Source: Octopus vulgaris
Lineage: Eukaryota
Length of the DNA stretch: 64,000 nucleotides
Direction: 5' to 3'
NCBI GenBank assembly: GCA_951406725.2
Contig: OX597823.1
Span: forward strand, 64,542,001-64,606,000
The notes under the pieces are model-generated. The model searched no databases, was not told where the DNA came from, and saw only the letters and a list, made by a program, of their open reading frames with translations. Position 1 is the first letter of the stretch. Each line of letters begins with the position of its first letter. The translations under genes were made by a program, and so were the position numbers. Shown here one piece after another: positions 52,652 through 64,000 of this stretch.

Positions 52652-53109
52652 GTTAAATTTCAAGTTTGTATACAGACTAATCAGAGGGTTTTTGTGACCT
52701 TTATGACATCTAAAAACATTGATTAAATTCACATGAAAAATAAACAACCAATTCTTGAAAAGTCAAGAAACGAATTTCCATTTCTTATCAATTTTATTTC
52801 AGTGAAACATATTTCGTAACATTCAATAAATTTAATGGAATAATAGATCTGTTCTAATAATGCCTTAGAGGGATTAGATTTGTAAATGTAATTTTATATT
52901 ACATATTTCTAGTATAGTCTGTTTTTTGTTTATTTCCTTTTATTTTGTTTTCGTTTTGTTTTCCTATTTTTTTGTCTAACTAAAACATTTGTATAATACT
53001 TAAATATATATAATTCTTTTGAATTTTGATTTTCTTTTAGTTTAAAACAATCTTTTGCTTATTATTGTTGGAATTATTTTTTTTCCTTGCTTTAAGAATA
53101 TGAAAGATG

Positions 53110-53196
53110 ATAATGAAGATGATGATGATGATGATGGTGAGGGACATTATCATCATCACCATCCTCATTGTCATCATCAACACCATATAATAGTAA

Positions 53197-53244
<48 letters not shown>

Positions 53245-53422
53245 CAACAGCAGCTGCAGTAACAGTAGCAGTAGTGGTAGAAATAGTTTTAGTAGTAGTA
53301 GTAGTAGTAGTAGTAGTAGCAACATCAGCTACAGTAGCAGCAGTAGTGGTAGTGTTAGTGGTAGAAATAGTTTTAGTAGTAGTAGTAGTAGTAGTAATTG
53401 TTGTAGCAGTAGCAGTAACAGT
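53110..53422 (+). repeat. (GAT)/(CAT)/(AGT)n compound microsatellite
   Basis: Direct reading. Confidence 0.95.
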
Positions 53423-53429
53423 GGTTTCA

Positions 53430-53851
53430 TATTTCAGCACAAGGCCAGCAAATTCTGGGGTTGAGTGTAAGTTGATTACATTGACCCCAGTGCTCAATTG
53501 GTACTTATATTTTACCGACCCCAAAAGGCTAAGGGGCAAAGTTGACCTTGGTGGAATTTGAACTCAGAGCATGAAGACAGACGAAATGCCATTAACAATT
53601 TTGCCAGCTTACCAGCATAATAATATCGATGATTATGATAATCCTTTCTACTATGGGCAAAAGGCCTGAAATTTTGGGGGAGGGAGCTAGTTGATTACAT
53701 TGACTCCAGTATTTCACTGGTGCTTAATTTATCAACCTCGAAAGGATGAAGATGAAAGACCTTAGTGGAATTTGAACTCAGAACGTGAAGAGGGATGAAA
53801 CACTGCTGAGCATTATACTTGGTGTGCTAATGATTCTGCCAACTTTCCACC

Positions 53852-53928
<77 letters not shown>

Positions 53929-53941
53929 CATAATAATAATG

Positions 53942-53972
<31 letters not shown>

Positions 53973-54195
53973 TAATAATCTTTTTCTGTTATAGACAGAA
54001 GGCCTTGAATTTTGGTGGGGGAGGCCAGTCAGTTACGTTGACCCCAGTGCTTGACTGGTACTCATTTTATCATCACCAAAAGCATGAAAGGCAAAGTTTA
54101 CCTTGGTGGAATTTGAAATCAGATTGTAGTGATGTGTGATATACCGCTAAGTATTTTGTCCAACATGTTAATCATTCTGCCAGCTCGCCGTCCCA
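53430..54195 (-). mobile_element. Three SINE family B copies separated by (AAT)n
   Basis: Same family B motifs. Confidence 0.8.
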
Positions 54196-54242
<47 letters not shown>

Positions 54243-54904
54243 CATAATAATAATAATAATAATAATAAAATAATAATAATAATAATAATAAAAATAATAA
54301 ATGTCCTGATGCAGTACCAGGCAATGGCTTTCATGGCTTATCTTAACTGATTGGAAGTGTTATCATATACGTTGTTTTGTCTTGGTATAAAAGATGGGAT
54401 ACAGCAAATATTCTGCTCAGTACCACAGATTTGCTTGTCAGTTGTTTGACCTTAACCAGTTGAGCATGTCCCTTAGTGGCTGATGATATGTGCATCTCTG
54501 ATCACAAGCAGAAGTAGTGGGGGAGCATCATAGCCATGTGTCAAGAGGAATTCTTTGGGGTTTGGATAATTCACCTCTGGAACCATGTGTGTTTTGTTCA
54601 ACATCCTTAAACAACCCTTATTCAGGGATCTTTTGAGCAGGATGGGCTATTCGACCAGAAGAAAATTCTAACTGGGCCCCACCTGCAAGGTCATGCACTG
54701 ATAATCTTGATATGAGATCACAATGTTGTGCACATATTGTTGTGATGCATGTGCCTGGTCTACCGTTATCAGGCAGGTAGTCATGATTTATACTGGGCTT
54801 CGTATATTTTACCCAGTGTCACTTTGATTGCATGCACAGCTCTCTCACTGAAAAATAATAATAAAATAATTATTTGTTTTTTTTTCTTTGGCTTCATTTT
54901 TCAG

Positions 54905-55076
54905 GAAATACTTACCCAGTTCAACACCAAATGTTTGTACCACAGTATACCCTCCAAGATTCAGCAGTCATAAGGTTTCCTTCAGTTGACATGCAAAGCT
55001 CAGGCTACAAGACACTGATAATTAGTAATAATGGTTCTTCACCTTTACTGTATCAGTTTGATAAAGACCCGAATGG
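54905..55076 (+). CDS. CFAP65: Internal coding exon of CFAP65-like protein
   Basis: ttttcag|ga acceptor, tgg|gtaagt donor. GNTYPVQHQMFVPQYTLQDSAVIRFPSVDMQSSGYKTLIISNNGSSPLLYQFDKDPN continues the previous exon in frame and is collinear with recalled CFAP65 (G.SY......IPQYSL.....FPAV......Y+SL...N). Confidence 0.85.
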
Positions 55077-55577
55077 GTAAGTTCGTTTAATTTCTTTTCT
55101 GTTCATTTACGCTGAGTCTGACCTTGCCTTTCATCCATTGAAAGTCGATAAAATATGTACCAGTGAAACACTGGGATCGCTAGAATTGACTTACTCTCAC
55201 TCCTGAAATTGCTGGCCTTGTGCCAAAATTTGAAACCAATATATATAAGAACTCGTAATAATTAGTGTAGGTGTGGCAGTGTGGTAAGAAGTTTGCTTTT
55301 CAACTATATGGTTCCAAGTTCAGTCCTACTGCATGGCACCTTGGACAAGTTTCAGACTAACTAGAATCTTGTGAGTGAATTTAATAGACAGGAATTGAAA
55401 GAAGCACATTGTATGTGTGTCTCTTCTATTTTATTTTTTTAATTATTATAAATCTTCCCCTGAAGAGGGAGCTGGTTTCCGACAAAGATACAAAACTCCA
55501 TCTTTGAGTTGTAGTTAACACAGACAAATTCACATTTGGAACTTGAGAAATGTCTTGCATATTTTTATTTATTTATG

Positions 55578-55611
<34 letters not shown>

Positions 55612-56496
55612 TGTATGTATGTATGTATGTATGCATGCATGCATGTATGTGTGTGTATGTATGTATGTCTCTCGCATGCACTCTCATGCACACATGTAAA
55701 TATATCTATAAAGCATGTATGCATGTGTCTGTGCCTATGAGAGTGTGTCTGTGTGAGTGTGCCTGTGTGAGTGTGTCAGTGTGAGTGTGTCTGTATGAGT
55801 GTGTCTGTGTGAGTGTGTCTGTATCTTTATGTTCATGTTGGTTCCATGTCACAAGGTCATCATTGTGGGCTTGTTTATGTTCCTGCAACTTATTTCAGCA
55901 AAAAAGGATTAGTAGAATAAGTACCAGATTTAAAAACTAAGTATAGGGGTCAATTTGATCAATAAAGCCCTTCAAGACAGTTCCTGAGCACAGTTGCAGT
56001 CCAGTGAGTGAAGCATGAATAAATACAAATAAAAGAATATTAAAAAAAAAAAGAATATAAGATTATCATTTGTTTGACTACATGCCCACAACAAAGTTGA
56101 TATAATAGAAATTGGTAAAGCTAGAATTTAATTGCAATTAAGTTATCTCCCCTTTGCTTTGAAGGTTACGCTAACAATTTCCGCTAAGTTTTTGTTTTCT
56201 TCCTTCTCCTGAGAATTAAGTTTTAGTTCATTAGGAACTTTTGTGTGCATAGATAATTCAGTACATCAAGACCTACTTGATGCTGAAGAATATGATGAAC
56301 AAATATTGAAGGTGTAACAACTAATTAAAAATGTGTATATGTATAATCAAGAAGTGAGAAATTAATTAACAGAAAATTTTATTTGACAAACAAACAACTA
56401 CGACTTATCCCAACATTCAGCATTTCCTTCTGCAGAGTATTCCATTTGCTGAATATATGTATGGAACAGAATTAGTTATGAAATTTAAATTTTTAG

Positions 56497-56903
56497 ATGC
56501 AGGCCTGCCTGTGTGGTAAGAAAATTGCCTGCCAACCACATGGTTCTGGGTTCAGTGTGGTCCCGTGGGCAAGTATCTTCAGCAACAGCCCTGGGTTGAT
56601 CAAAGCCTTTTGAGCAGATTTGGTAGACAGAGACTGAAAGATTTCCATTGAATATACATATATAAGTATGTGTGTACATGTGTGTGTGTATGTATCTATG
56701 TGTGCGTTTTTGTGCCTTTGTTTGTCATCCACCACCATTTGACAACCAGTGTTGGTTTGTTTACATCCTTGTAACTTAGTGGCTTAGAAGTAGCAGGCTC
56801 TAAAAATTAAGTTCCAGGATCGATTTGCTTGGTTAAACCCTTCATGGCAGTGCCCCAGCATGGCCAAAGTCCAGTAACTGAAATAAGTAAAAGATGAAAG
56901 ATA
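56497..56903 (+). mobile_element. SINE family A, diverged
   Basis: Head, body and tail motifs recognisable. Confidence 0.75.
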
Positions 56904-57381
56904 CTTATCAATTTCTCTTTCCATTCACTGGTTCTTAATTTAACTGTGTGTAATGCTTGCAATGACACTGATGCCAAGCTGTATCAATCCAAGTTGTCTG
57001 CCCTTCGCTCAGATAAACATTGTTGATACGGAGAGGGACAACTTTCCCGCATAGCCAACTGCCAGATTTTTTCAAAATGTCTTGTTCAGGCTTGTGCATA
57101 CATGTGCAGATGTATGGATAAGCTTTGACTGATGAAGGCCCATATATAACAATGCAATATGTCCTTCATATCCTTAAGATAGTATGGTGTTCTTTGAGGG
57201 AGAGTTGGGAACTCCTATTTCAAATAGGAGGAATTTTGCAATGGTTTTCAGTGTATTTTTGCTTTAATTTTAATGTTAACACAATAAAAAAAAAAGCAAT
57301 TTCCATGCAATGCATACCAATTACTTTTAGCTTGATCTCCTGCAGACTAGGAAGTTAAAAACATTGTTATACAATATACAA

Positions 57382-58435
57382 AGGCAGTAAGTTGGCAGAA
57401 TAGTTAGCATGCTGGACAGAATGCTTAGTGGTATTTCACCTGTCACTACATTCTGTGTTCAAATTCCGCTGAGGTTGACTTTGCCTTTCATCCTTTTGGG
57501 GTCGATAAATTAAGTACCAGTAAAACACTGGGGTTGATATAATCGGCTTAATCCCCTACCCCAGGCTGCCCTTGTGGGAAAAATTTTAAATCATTATTAT
57601 ACCATATAAACAAATAGCAGGGATGGTATAGTACTAGAGGTTATGGTGCCTTGAGGTGACTGTTGTAAGCCAGGAGCTGTAGCTTATGATATTCAATGTA
57701 TAATGCTGTCTCAGTTGTTTCCCGGTTATAATTCGATTTTCCGATACTACAAAAAGCATTGTTCAAATATCACCAGATATGAGATAGTAAAATTTAAACT
57801 GAAAAAACTATTTTTTCTCTTGTTCTTTGTTTTCTTATTTCATGTCTTTTGAAAATCCATGCTTTTAGTTAGAATAAGAAATTTTGTTGAAGTTGTTCAA
57901 ATTTCTGTGATGCTCATATATTTTTAGCTCCTCCCTTAGGCAACTACATGGTTGCCTAGTGCAAAATTCTAGTTGTTTGTCTACCATCCTTAATATATGA
58001 GCCAGTCTTAAGGCAGCAAGCTGGCAGAATTGTTAGCATCCTGGGCAAAATGCTTAGTAACATTTTGTGTTCAAATTCTGCAGAGGTTGACTTTGTCTTT
58101 CATCCTTTCAAGGTGGATAAAATAAGCACCAGTTGAGGACTGGGGTCAATGTAATTTGCTTGCCCTTCCCCCATGAACTTGTTGGCCTTGTGCCAAAATT
58201 TGAACCCAATATATGAGACCACCTTTGTGTGATCAGTGAAACCCAGAAGAAAGGGAAGCTAAATTTCTCCCAAATAACATTATTTATTTGTAAAGTAGCT
58301 TGCTAACTAACCACATGGCTACGGGTTCAGTCCCACTGCATGGCACCTTGAGTAAGTGTCTTCTACTATAGCCTCAGGCTGACCAAAGCCTTGTGAGTGG
58401 ATCTGGTAGACGGAAACTGAAAGAAACTCGTCGTA

Positions 58436-58485
<50 letters not shown>

Positions 58486-59000
58486 CACATATATATATAT
58501 ATGTATGTATATGTGTGTATATGTTTATGTGTCTGTGTTTGTCCCCCCAACATCGCTTGACAATTGATGCTGGTGTGTTTACGTCCCAGTAACATAGCGG
58601 TTCAGCAAAAGGGACCGATAGAATAAGTACTAGGCTTACAAAGAATAAGTCCTGGGTTCGATTTGGTTGACTAAAGGCGGTGCTCCAGCATGGCTACAGT
58701 CAAATGACTGAAACAAATAAATAAATAAAAAGAGTAAAGAGTAAATAAGTAAAAGAACTATATTAAATAATGTAGTCTTACACTTAAGAGTGGTGATATG
58801 GCAGAATTGTTAGCATGTCAGGCGAAATGCTTTATGGCATTTCACCTATCTTTATGATCTAAGTTCAAATTCTGCTTAGGTTGGCTTTGTGTTCCATACT
58901 TTCAAAGTTGATAAAAGAAGTACCAGTTGAACACTGGTTGTGATATGTTCGACTTATTTCCTCTCTTGAAATTCTTGGCCTGCCAAAATTTGAAACCAAT
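57382..59000 (+). mobile_element. Three dispersed SINE family B copies (about 57382-57590, 58010-58210, 58790-59000)
   Basis: ggcag.aag.tggcagaat.gttagc heads. Confidence 0.75.
58290..58750 (+). mobile_element. SINE family A
   Basis: Near-complete copy. Confidence 0.85.
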
Positions 59001-59375
59001 ATAGTTCTACAGTCTGCAGTCATCATCAATTAATGTCCACTGGCATAAGTTTGATGGTTTCACATGGAGCTGGCTATCAGGGAGTTTCCCAGACTCCAAT
59101 TGTCTGTTGTGGCATGGTTTCTATGGCTGGATGCCATTCCTAATGCCAACCACTTAACAGGGTGTGTTGGCTGCTTTTAATGTGCCACTGGCATGGGTGC
59201 GTTTACATAGCACCAGCATGGGTGCTTTTTATGTGGCACTGGTACCTGAAAGGGCAAGCCTGTATGTGTGACAGGCCCGTGGTTTTACTTAGCTTTATGC
59301 ATCTCATCAAGTACAACAAATCAAGTGTTCATAAAATACTGCAAATCTCCCATCTCTTATATCTAATATGAAAAA

Positions 59376-59490
59376 ATGGTGTAGTGGTTAAGAGCACTGG
59401 CTACTAACCCCAAGATTCCAAGTTCAATTCCAGGCAGTGACCTGAATAATAATAATAATAATAATAATAACAACAATAACAACAACCTTG
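59376..59490 (+). mobile_element. Head fragment of the same tRNA-headed element
   Basis: atggtgtagtggttaagagcactggctactaaccccaagattccaagttcaattccaggcagtgacctgaat(aat)n matches 61380-61470. Confidence 0.7.
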
Positions 59491-59867
59491 ATAACGGTAG
59501 ACTTCAGGGCTAAATAACAACAGCAACTTTTTATTGCTGATTTCTGACATTTTAATTGACCCCCAGAGGGATTAGAAGTAAAGATGACCTCTGCAAGATT
59601 ATTTGAATTCAGAATGTAAAATACTATTATTAAGTATCATAATGTATTTTGTCTGACACTTGATTCAGTTCTCTTAATTCACTGCCCAAATTGATGCCTG
59701 CAGAATATTTTAGTGTGCATCTCTATCCAAGTTTCAAACAGCTGGCTGAAAGAGGAATTTTTAATGACAAGAAATATAATATAATAAAATAATTGCACTC
59801 ACCTAAAATTGTTGGCTTCGGACATGGGGGAATTCTCAGAACCTCTAGTAAATTAATTGCATAATTA

Positions 59868-59870
59868 TGC

Positions 59871-59921
<51 letters not shown>

Positions 59922-59933
59922 TATATACATATG

Positions 59934-59967
<34 letters not shown>

Positions 59968-59970
59968 TAT

Positions 59971-60007
<37 letters not shown>

Positions 60008-60008
60008 A

Positions 60009-60059
<51 letters not shown>

Positions 60060-60235
60060 CATATGTAAACATATATATATATATACACACTGACATCTAT
60101 ATATATATATCTATCTATCTATATATATATATATTATGTCTTATGTTTGTATATATGAATGTATGTATATGTATGTGTGTGTATACATTTATATATATAT
60201 GTATGTATGTATGTATACACACACACACGTGTGTA
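59868..60235 (+). repeat. (TA)/(CA) compound microsatellite
   Basis: Direct reading. Confidence 0.95.
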
Positions 60236-60843
60236 TATTGTCTTTCGACTAATAATTCTGTGTCCATATTGACAAATTGCTGTGTTATTTTCTTGTGTGG
60301 CGAATTTATATATTTATTTAACTCTTCTCTGCTTGAAGAGATTTAGTGAGAAGTATTTAGGAAAGACAAATATTTTGCTAATTTGCCAAATTTTTAATGG
60401 TATGTAGGTGAAATTTAATTAAACAACCAACCATGGCACTTAGCTTATTTTCCAAAATACGAATTTTGTATGGCAAATATACAAAACACCCATTTGGTTA
60501 CTTAGATTAGATTAAATTATTTATTTGAATTACTTAATAGAATACATTCTGGAATCTTTAAGAACCCTGCTACAATAAAGCCTCTTAGTCTTCCACAACA
60601 TATGTATTTCTGAATGTATGTTTATGTATGAATTTACATGTGTGTGTGTGCATATGCGCATGTGCATATGTATGTGTGTGCTGACATTTATCAATTTTTT
60701 CTTCCATTGTGTTGATGGGTCATTTTCTATTATTAATAAGACTATTGGCATTTATAGGATATGTGAAAACTTGAGAGAAATGAAGCCAGTATGCTTCTCT
60801 GGATGAGTAATATCAGTGTGCATATATGACAGAGTGTAAGTGA

Positions 60844-61697
60844 ACATTATTTATATTATTTACATAATATAGGAGTGGCTGTTTGGTAAGTAGCTTGCTA
60901 ACCAACCACATGGTTCCGGGTTCAGTCCCACTGCGTGGCATCTTGGGCAAGTGTCTTCTGCTATAGCCCCGGGCCGACCAATGCCTTGTGAGTGGATTTG
61001 GTAGACAGAAACTGAAAGAAGCCTGTCGTATATATGTATATATATATATAAGTGTGTGTGAATATGTTTGTGTGTCTGTGTTTGTTCCCCTAGCATTGCT
61101 TGACAACTGATGCTGGTATGTTTATGTCCCCGTCACTTAGCGGTTCGGCAAAAGAGACCGATAGAATAAGTACTGGGCTTACAAAGAATAAGTCCCGGGG
61201 TCGAGTTGCTCGACTAAAGGCGGTGCTCCAGCATGGCCGCAGTCAAATGACTGAAACAAGTAAAAAGAGTAAAAAGAGTAAAAAGAGTATTATTTACATT
61301 TGCTGAATATTTGTCCTCATCTTGTTTGTTGTTAACACAACGTTTGTTGTTAACCAGTATGCCATATGCCCATGGGCATATGGTGTAGTGGTTAAGGGCA
61401 CAGGCTACTAACCCCAAGATTCCGAGTTCGATTCCAGGCAGTGACCTGAATAAAAATAATAATAATAATAACAACAACAACAACAATAACAACAACAACA
61501 ACAATAACAACAACAACATCGAAAAATATCTTAGGAATGAGAACTCAGGTTTGAAATTTCCCCAAGGCACCTGATCAAAGCTGGAGGGTATATCAGCTGA
61601 AATGTTGTGTTAACAACAAACAAGATGAGGACAAATATCTGTCAAATGTAAATAATGTAAATAATGTACATAATTCCTCATCTCTTAAATATAGAAC
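60844..61697 (+). mobile_element. Fold-back tRNA-headed non-autonomous element with a degenerate minimal hammerhead (Penelope-like tail), interrupted by a SINE
   Basis: Flanked by the direct repeat acagagtgtaagtga (60829-60843 / 61696-61710). Inverted tail arm at the left end, tRNA-like head at 61374-61446, (AAT/AAC)n, hammerhead-like motif at 61566-61611. Confidence 0.7.
60866..61288 (+). mobile_element. SINE family A, young copy nested in the hammerhead element
   Basis: Complete CpG-rich copy. Confidence 0.9.
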
Positions 61698-62035
61698 AGA
61701 GTGTAAGTGATTTGAGAGAAAAACTGGGTACACGTAGCCTCAGATGTAGCATGTGAGAGAGAAGACTGCACTGGTGTGGACATGTAATGTGTATGAATGA
61801 AGACAGTCGCAGCAAGAGGCACTGATCTCTAATTGCGGAGGGGACATGTGAGAAGGTAGACCAAGGAAGATGTGGGACAAAGTGGTGAGAAAGGAACTAC
61901 AGATGCTGGAACTCACCGAGTTGATGACGGGAGACCAAAATTCCAGGTGATTTGCTGTGCTTCAAAAAACACATCAAACCAAGTAAAACCATGGTTGCCC
62001 TTGCATACAGGCTTGTTTCTTGTAGCTCTCTCCAG

Positions 62036-62150
62036 CTTCTTCTTCTTCTTCTTCTTCTTCTTCTTCTTCTTCTTCTTCTTCTTCTTCTTCTTCTTCTTCT
62101 TCTTCTTCTTCCGCCTCTTCCTCCTCTTCCTCCCTCTACCCCTCCTCCCT
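62036..62150 (+). repeat. (CTT)n pyrimidine tract
   Basis: Direct reading. Confidence 0.95.
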
Positions 62151-63119
62151 CCTTCCATTTATGTTGCCTCCTCACAGACACACACACATGCACACATGCA
62201 TATCATACAGCTTGCCATACAAACATACCTACAAACGCACATTTGTGCGTGCACACAAATGCACCTGCATGCTTGTATGTGTCAATATATAAATATAGCC
62301 GGTTATTTGACACATTGAACCACCTACATATACAAAAAAGCAAGCATGTAAACAACAAATATATGAATACACATCCATAGATCTATCGTATCTGCTATAT
62401 ATATATATATATATGAAAAAGTTAAACCATTTTCTGAATTATGATTTTAGGAAAAGATAGCATTAAACTTTTAATACGTTTCCTTTTGGCTTAACATTCT
62501 TTTATTCTTGCATCCTGCCTTTATTCTCGCCGGAATATGGAACCAAATATCAATAAAGTGATGCTGCAAATTTTTAGCTTAGTGTGTGCTGAAAAATTCA
62601 GCAGCTTTTGCTAATAATAGTCAAAAAAAAAAAAGAAGAAAGAAGATAGCAAAAAGCTAACAAATGAACAAACTGCCCTCAAAACTTTAAAATTATCTAA
62701 ATTCTAGAATTTTCTTAAAGTATTATTATTAACTTTCATCATCAAAGTTGAGTGAAATTAGTATAAAATCATGGAATTTTATGACTAGATTATTCCATAA
62801 CAAAATAATACAGTGAAGAATTTGGTTAGCTTTTCTTCAGTTAATTTTTCTCATAACTTTAATAAAAAAATAAAAGCTCATCAAATCTTTTTTGAACTTT
62901 TCTGTTCTATTCTATACAAAGGCAATTAGATTATAAAATGCACTGTTTGATATGCAAATACAGATGCGTATATCTATGTATATATGTGTGTGCATGTGTG
63001 TGTATGTGTGTATGAGAATAGATAAAAGATAATAGGAAGGAAGATACACACACATGTATATTATATACTATATATATATATTTATACATGTGTGTGTATG
63101 TGTGTGTGTGTGTGTGTAT

Positions 63120-63329
63120 ATTCTTTTACTTATTTCTGTCATTTGACTGTGGCCATGCTGGAGTGCCACCTTTAGTCGAGCAAATCGACTTTGGGACTTA
63201 TTTTTTGTAAGCCTAATACTTATCCTATTGGTCTCTTTTGCTGAACTGCTAAGTTACGGGTATGCAAACACACCAGCATCAGTTGTCAAGCCATGCTTGG
63301 GGGACAAACACAGACACACAAACATATAC

Positions 63330-63340
<11 letters not shown>
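63120..63340 (-). mobile_element. SINE family A, 3' half
   Basis: Reverse-complement tail. Confidence 0.8.
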
Positions 63341-63378
<38 letters not shown>

Positions 63379-63419
63379 GGTACATATATATATATATACA
63401 TATACATATATATATATAT

Positions 63420-63960
63420 ATCATCATCATCATCATCATCATTTAACGTCCGCTTTCCATGCTAGCATGGGTTGGACGGTTTTGACTGAGGGCTGGCAAC
63501 CAGATGGCTGCACTAGGCTCCAGTCTTGATCTAGTAGAGTTTCTACAGCTGGATGCCCTTCCTAACGCCAACCACTCCAAGAGTGTAGTGAGTGCTTTTT
63601 ACGTGCTACCTGCACGGGGGCCAGTCAGGTGGTACTGGCAATGGCCACGCTTGAATCTTTTACATGTGCCACCGACACAGGTGCCAGTGAAGCGACATTG
63701 GTAACGATCACGCTCAAATGGTGCCCTTTTACGTGCCACGGGTACAGAAGCCAGTTAGCTGCTCAGGCAACGATCACGCTTGGATGGTGTTCTTGGCACC
63801 CTACTAGCACAGGCATAAGTGCCAGTAAGGCGACGCTGGTAACGATCATACTCGAATAGCCTCTCTATCAACAATCACACTTGTATGGTGCTCTTTGCAC
63901 CCTGCTAGCATGGATGCCAGTCATCGAATCGATTTTGATTTGATTTCACTTGCCTCAACA
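63420..63960 (-). mobile_element. RTE 3' UTR-derived fragment
   Basis: (CAT)n followed by the reverse complement of the 48300-48465 3' UTR. Similar tails occur at about 17950-18253, 24555-24745, 37985-38208 and 59020-59250. Confidence 0.8.
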
Positions 63961-64000
63961 TGTCTTTACAAGTTTAGTGACCAAAGAAGGAAAAGCTATG

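Larger units (their letters stand above)
60760..61990 (+). mobile_element. Old RTE 3' fragment split by the hammerhead element and a SINE
   Basis: gaaatgaagccagtatg...cagagtgtaag (60770-60843) resumes at 61698 (tttgagagaaaaactggg...ggtagaccaaggaagatgtggga). Confidence 0.75.

Noticed and set aside
53055-53561. 168-aa hydrophobic poly-V ORF
   Set aside because: (AGT)n microsatellite plus SINE sequence.
55458-55490. ctgaagagggag...tttccgaca hammerhead-like motif
   Set aside because: GACA instead of GAAA and no stem I or III.
61374-61446. Candidate tRNA genes (also 6147-6220, 51147-51220, 59376-59445)
   Set aside because: Poor acceptor and anticodon stem pairing, and embedded in repeated elements. 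These are SINE-type heads.

Overview
AT-rich, microsatellite-dense metazoan genomic DNA. The SINE, RTE and microsatellite content strongly suggests an octopus (coleoid cephalopod); this is inferred, not verified. The window is almost entirely intronic. Three phase-compatible internal + strand exons (25699-25784, 48705-48831, 54905-55076) encode an ASH/MSP-type ciliary protein that I recognise as CFAP65/CCDC108. The rest is mobile DNA: dozens of tRNA-derived SINEs of at least three families, a near-intact RTE LINE plus RTE/CR1/HERO/Gypsy/Penelope relics, mariner, hAT and piggyBac-type elements, and Helitron-like elements. The main discovery is an RNA-level system. A young 353-bp tandem repeat (13002-13733) carries two intact type I hammerhead ribozymes on the - strand; this is non-LTR retrozyme architecture, predicted to release a 353-nt, possibly circular RNA. 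A second family of fold-back, tRNA-headed elements carries a minimal Penelope-type hammerhead, and there is a Penelope GIY-YIG relic from a class that could mobilise such elements. Several long intronic inverted repeats are candidate dsRNA/ADAR substrates. Most ORFs in the supplied track are microsatellite artefacts. Repeat boundaries were counted by eye and are approximate unless a TIR or TSD is cited.
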